Origin: Antechinus flavipes
Taxonomy: Eukaryota
Direction of reading: 5' to 3'
Length of the DNA stretch: 64,000 bases
NCBI RefSeq assembly: GCF_016432865.1
Contig: NC_067403.1
Location: forward strand, 4,650,001 to 4,714,000
The notes beneath the pieces were generated by a model, which saw nothing but the letters and a program-made list of their open reading frames with translations, made no database searches and was not told the origin of the DNA. How positions within the stretch are numbered: position 1 is the stretch's first letter; the number at the start of each line of letters is the position of its first letter. Positions 59,330 through 64,000 of this stretch are shown here, in pieces. The position numbers were made by a program, and so were the translations under genes.

Positions 59330-61870
59330 ATGAGAAAAAGATCTGGGTTGAATCTTCATTTATTCATTTAAAACTTAAATATTAAATAGTTTAAGAAAAA
59401 CAAATTTCTACATGTACAACAGAACAGTAAAGAGGATTCAAAATATAAAGTGATAAATTTCCATTTCAAAAAGCTTATATAATAAATAATAGCCCATGTG
59501 TGCAGAACTGCCAATTTTTGCTTTTTTATGGGGTTCTTTTGGTCTCTTCATGCACCTTTTACTTTTTTTTCCTTTCTACCCCTCAAAAGGACACAATTAA
59601 CATGATTTAATTTATATATGTTTATGAATATATGTATGTACATATATACACATGCATGTATAGATACATAAACCTCTATATGCATATACATACTTGTAAA
59701 CATATATATTTATATACATGTATGTGTATATATACTTACACACATACATCAATAAGCCTATACATAATTATCTATAACCACATAAACATTCATATGGACA
59801 GTACAGCCTGGGCTTGTCTGTTCGCTATTTCTCTAAAGGTGAATTACATCTTCCTTTAAAGTCTAATTCTTTCCATACTTTTCTAAATCCACCAATTCAT
59901 TTCTTACAAAACAGCAATATCCCAAGCTTATTTTATCTGATTATTTTAAATACTCTAAAATAATACTGAATAACACAGCTGACATTTAGTGCAGTTTCCT
60001 CATTTTTCTCTTTTGATTAAATCTATTTTAGTTTTAACTTTGCGTGATATCATGATTACTCTCTCCACTTTTTTAATCTAACAAATTATACTCTTGATCT
60101 TTATTTATGTTTGTATATATATCTCAATTACTATTCCTCCTCACTCCATTATTACCTACTACCTTGCCCTATTACTTAACCAACCTTCCCCACCACCACC
60201 ACACATACCCACAAAGATCCCTCCTTTATTCTTTTCCTTTCCCCAGCTTTTCTTCTGGGACTCTTGTTTCTATCTGAATTTAGAAGATTTTTATAGCCTT
60301 CCAAATATGTGTGTTGTTCCTTTTTTATTCCATTTCCATTAAATTATACACATTTCTATTTTCTGCCCCCTTAGCCTATTCCTTCATCCCATTATTTTTA
60401 TGCATTTAAAAAGCTTTTATTCCCTTCTAAATGTATATGTTGTTTGTTAACTAGTTGTTAACTAGATCTGATGTGAGTAAGGTTCCCTCTAAAAATCCCA
60501 TCCTTATCTTCTTCCCTCTCTCTATCCTCTTAGTCTTTTATTTCTTTTTATATTTAGAAAACTTATGCAAAAACATACATACCTGTGATTATACATATAT
60601 GTGTGTGCTTTGCTTTTTAACCCATTCCCAGTGACAATAGTATTCCAGAACTACCAATCCTTCTACCCCATCTAATTCCTCTGTGTCAGATCTTCCTTTT
60701 GCATCTCTTTGTATAATTACTTTTTTTTCCTTTTTCTAAACAGTTTTGCCTTTTATAATAATGTCACGCTTTTCTCTCTTCCAGTCTTTCCTCCAAACGA
60801 CTCGATTATTAATGACAATTCTAGAATACAATTTCCATTTCTATATATAAAAAGTAAACAGTTTTTCCTTACTGAGTCCTTTGTAATTAGTCTTTCATGT
60901 TACCTTGATATTTCTCATGGATCTTTTATGCCATATTTTCTATTAAATTCAGGTCTTTTTACAACAAAATCCTGAAAGTCTTGACAATTTATTGAGGGTC
61001 ATTTTTTGTTGTTGTCCAGAATTATGCTTACCTTTACTAGATATGATATTTTTCAGCTGCAACAGATTTTTTGCTCTTCAATATAAAATGTTTAAAACCT
61101 GCAGTCTTTTAATGTAGTTGCTGCTAGGACTTGTGTGCTTAGTCATGTTTGATTTTTTTTTCTTGTTGCTCTTATTTTCTCCTTGAGCTGAGGGTTTGGG
61201 GATTTGGCTATGATATTCCTGTAGGCTTTCTTGTAGGATCTCTTTCAAGTGGTGATTGATGGATTTTTTTTAATATCTATTTCCCCTCTTCTTCTAACAG
61301 TTCAGCACAATTTTCTTTAATTGTTTCTTGTATTTTTTTTTATCAAAATTCTTTTTTATACTAGCTTTCAGGTACTCTGATTATTACATTTCTCTTCTTG
61401 ATCTGTTTTCCAGGTCAGTTTTTTTTTCTTATTAGATGTTTCATGGTTTCTTTTCTTTTCATTCTTTATGTTTTGTTTTATTATTTTTGGGTTTCTTATA
61501 ACTTCACTGACTTCCTCTTGGCCAATTCTATTTTCAAGGAGTCATTTTCTTCCTTAAGGTTCTAGATCTTCTTTTCTAATTTTTTTAATTCCTTTTCATA
61601 ATCTTCTTCTTTTTCTTGAATCCTCCTGCTTGCGGTGTCTGCAGAGGGGGTTATACTTCACAGGGGTCAAATCTCTGTCCTGAAATCTTTTTTCACTTTT
61701 TTCACCTCTCCAGGTTGTCCCAAGAGGACTATTGTTCTGCCCCAATTCTTGTTTATTTTTGCAAGTGGACAATCACCCTGAGGTGCTATTTTGTTTTGTT
61801 TTGGGGAAGAAATCTAGAGAGCAGGGAATTTTCAGACTTACTCTGTCATTTCCCCAGAATCTCTTTTTAA
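59330..61870 (-). mobile_element. Old LINE-1 remnants (3' end piece, TA-rich insert at 59620-59790, spacer, ORF1, 5' part)
   Basis: ORF1-like reverse text TCAGGTCTTTTTACAACAAAATCCTGAAAGTC; AACCTGCAGTCTTTTAATGTAGTTGCTGC; TCTCTTCTTGATCTGTTTTCCAGGTCAG; ends GGGAATTTTCAGACTTACTCTGTCAT. Confidence 0.85.
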
Positions 61871-62034
61871 ACTTATCTTTGATGCAATAAGCTACATGAC
61901 CATGGACAACTCACTTAACCTAAGAATGAATTTCTTTACATATGAAAAAACTTCTCCATTTTTGCAGAATTGTTATGAACACGTGTGTAAAATATATATA
62001 AAGCATTATGGTCTGCATAAATAGATTATATTAT

Positions 62035-62296
62035 GAGGAAAGCTAGGTGTTAGAGTGTAGTGAGAAATGGACTTGGAAACAAGGCTCATAATCCTGAGTT
62101 CAGATCCAGCCGCAGGCTCTTACTAGCTGTGTCCATGGGCAAATCACTTTAAAATTACTTAATTCAACTTGTCTCAGTTTCCTAGTCTATAAAATGAGCT
62201 GGTGCTGGAAATGGCAAAGCACTCAAGTATCTTTAAATCAAGAAAATCGCAAATGTGGTCACAGAGTTGGAAATGACTGAAATAACTGAACAATAA
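62035..62296 (+). mobile_element. Mar1-type core-SINE
   Basis: CCTGAGTTCAGATCCAGCC; GTCTCAGTTTCCTAGTCTATAAAATGAGCTGG; GGTCACAGAGTTGGAAATGACTGAAATAACTGAACAAT. Confidence 0.92.
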
Positions 62297-62951
62297 AGAG
62301 TCTTAAAATATTTATTTATGTCAAAATATTTTCCAGATATGCTTGATTTTGGACAATGGTTTTAAAACACCTTTTTCCCCTTTAGGAAGGCAAGTTACCA
62401 TTTAATTTGCAGCTGAAATCCATTAATTGTTCCTATCTATTCTTTTCACTTTTGATCTAGTCAACAGAAAATTGACATATTAACAGAAAAATTTTATTTA
62501 TGATAATAGAGGGATTTAAAAAAAAGATAATAAATATTCTTTGTTACTTTGTTCACTGAATCTTTGAACAATCCACATTAAATTGCAATTTGTCATCGAT
62601 ATTGTTTGCAAATTGAATTGATAGATCAAAAATTTTCCCCTTTCATTTTATAAGAGGTTTAGGACTGAGATAACTGAGATCAGATAGTATATAAAGGTAA
62701 TTTTTTCCCACAAGAAACTCAGTGCTTTTCACTAATAAAAGCTCAGTTGTCTGGAATTCTGTGCCTCTCCATTTCATATCACAGACCCAGCAGGCTAAAA
62801 TGATAACTTCCAACTTCAATACTAACTCAGGTGTGCACTATCTGGACACCAAAAGAAAAAAATATATAGAGAGAAAATACTTGAAATTTCCAAACCTTTA
62901 AAGTTACTTGTATTTAAATCTAGGAAAACTGAGTAGAAAGGTAAGCACTTT

Positions 62952-63086
62952 GGGGCAGCTAGGTGATGCAGTGGATAGAGTACCAATCCTGAAGTCAGAA
63001 GGACCTGAGTTTGAATCTCATCTCAGACACTTAAATTTCCTAGCAAGTCACTTAAAACTCCAAAAAATAAAAATTAAAAAAAAACA
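62952..63086 (+). mobile_element. Young short tRNA-derived SINE (WSINE1-like) with a perfect 15-bp TSD
   Basis: AAAGGTAAGCACTTT at 62937-62951 and 63087-63101; head GGGGCAGCTAGGTGATGCAGTGGATAGAG; B-box-like GAGTTTGAATC; A-tail. Family name from memory. Confidence 0.9.
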
Positions 63087-63769
63087 AAAGGTAAGCACTT
63101 TGTGTCATTTGTTTTTGACCCCGCTTCCAACATCCCTCCAACCCCAACAATGAAAAAGATCACCTCTGCCTCAAACACTTCTATGAAATGGTACTAACCC
63201 TAGATTCACTGATAGAAAGTATTTTTCACCCATTTCTCTAAATATGCATTAAACATTTATTATGTGCATAATTATATTAACTAAAGTGTTCTGAGGATGA
63301 TAATTGTGATAAGGAAGAGACGATGTGTTTGAGAGCTCTGACAGTCCAGCACAAGTTCTGCCAACACCTGACAGACTGGAAAGGCTTAAATGTGTACAAA
63401 GCAAGAGATGGTATCTCTAATGTCTAAATACTAGACACTAAGCTCATAGATGGCCATAACTAGAAAGATGGCCAGAAAAGGTGATGGCCTTTTCTTCCTA
63501 TGATAATGCTATTAAGAGATATCTTAGGGTAAAGATTCTAAAATTGGTGCTCATGCAGTCTGCAGTACTCTTGATGCCCAAGAAATTCTGTGGATTTATT
63601 TCAGAGTTACATTAAATCTGGATGGGGTAAATCACCTCTTTCTTTTCACAAATCTCCCATTCCTTTTCTAATTCTGCCTTCATATTTTACACATCTAAAA
63701 GTATTAGTCTGAAAAATATGAGTCTGAGATATATTAGCTAAAATAAAATGCCAACGGTTTTAATGAGAC

Positions 63770-64000
63770 AAATAAGATTATGAATCCTTATAATAGAGTA
63801 GAGGATGAACAAAATCTTGGATGTGAGTATAATGGAAAACTGTGGTACTATAAGAAATTATACATCTGAGGACTTCAAGGAAGCATGGGAAAACTGAAAT
63901 GTATGGATCCAGAAGGAAAACAGCAGAGACAACATAACTACAAATTAAAAAAAAAGACTAGATATTTGTTATGCAGTTATAATTTGGAGCTGCAACAGCA
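63770..64000 (+). mobile_element. Old LINE-1 3' fragment
   Basis: AAACTGTGGTAC...CTTCAAGGAAGCATGGGAAAA...GAAGGAAAACAGCAGAGAC. Confidence 0.65.

Noticed and set aside
1-64000. The ORF track as evidence of genes
   Set aside because: ORFs are 60-156 aa, many start at TTG/GTG/CTG, and none is a recognisable host protein. The recognisable ones are broken L1 ORF2 pieces. This density is expected by chance in mammalian DNA.
1-64000. CRISPR arrays, operons, tRNA or rRNA genes
   Set aside because: No regularly spaced direct repeats with unique spacers. The tRNA-like A/B boxes all belong to SINE heads.

Overview
This is AT-rich, CpG-depleted mammalian genomic DNA, not prokaryotic. The repeat set (Mar1/MIR core-SINEs, a short WSINE1-like SINE, RTE-type SINEs, marsupial-type L1 3' ends, L2, solo ERV LTRs) points to a marsupial, probably Australian and possibly a dasyurid. 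That assignment is inferred from recalled repeat consensus sequences, not from a search. I recognise no protein-coding gene, tRNA, rRNA or CRISPR array. The long ORFs in the track are L1 ORF2 remnants, microsatellite read-throughs or chance frames, many opened at TTG/GTG/CTG. By eye roughly half the window is transposon-derived, with several nested insertions, and there is a 130-N assembly gap at 14976-15105. It looks like a long intron or a gene desert. The best second-look items are: orphan splice signals, mostly on the minus strand (an AG|GT recursive-splice-like site at 7600, a candidate 3-nt AAG microexon at 40680-40682, and candidate 16-, 41- and 133-nt exons); two near-perfect 23-25 bp hairpins, one with a template-switch signature; several repeat-free blocks that retain CpG and may be conserved elements; and a young SINE whose target-site duplication copies a splice donor. 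I cannot support a claim of a new biological system. Repeat boundaries are approximate unless a TSD or terminal motif is quoted.
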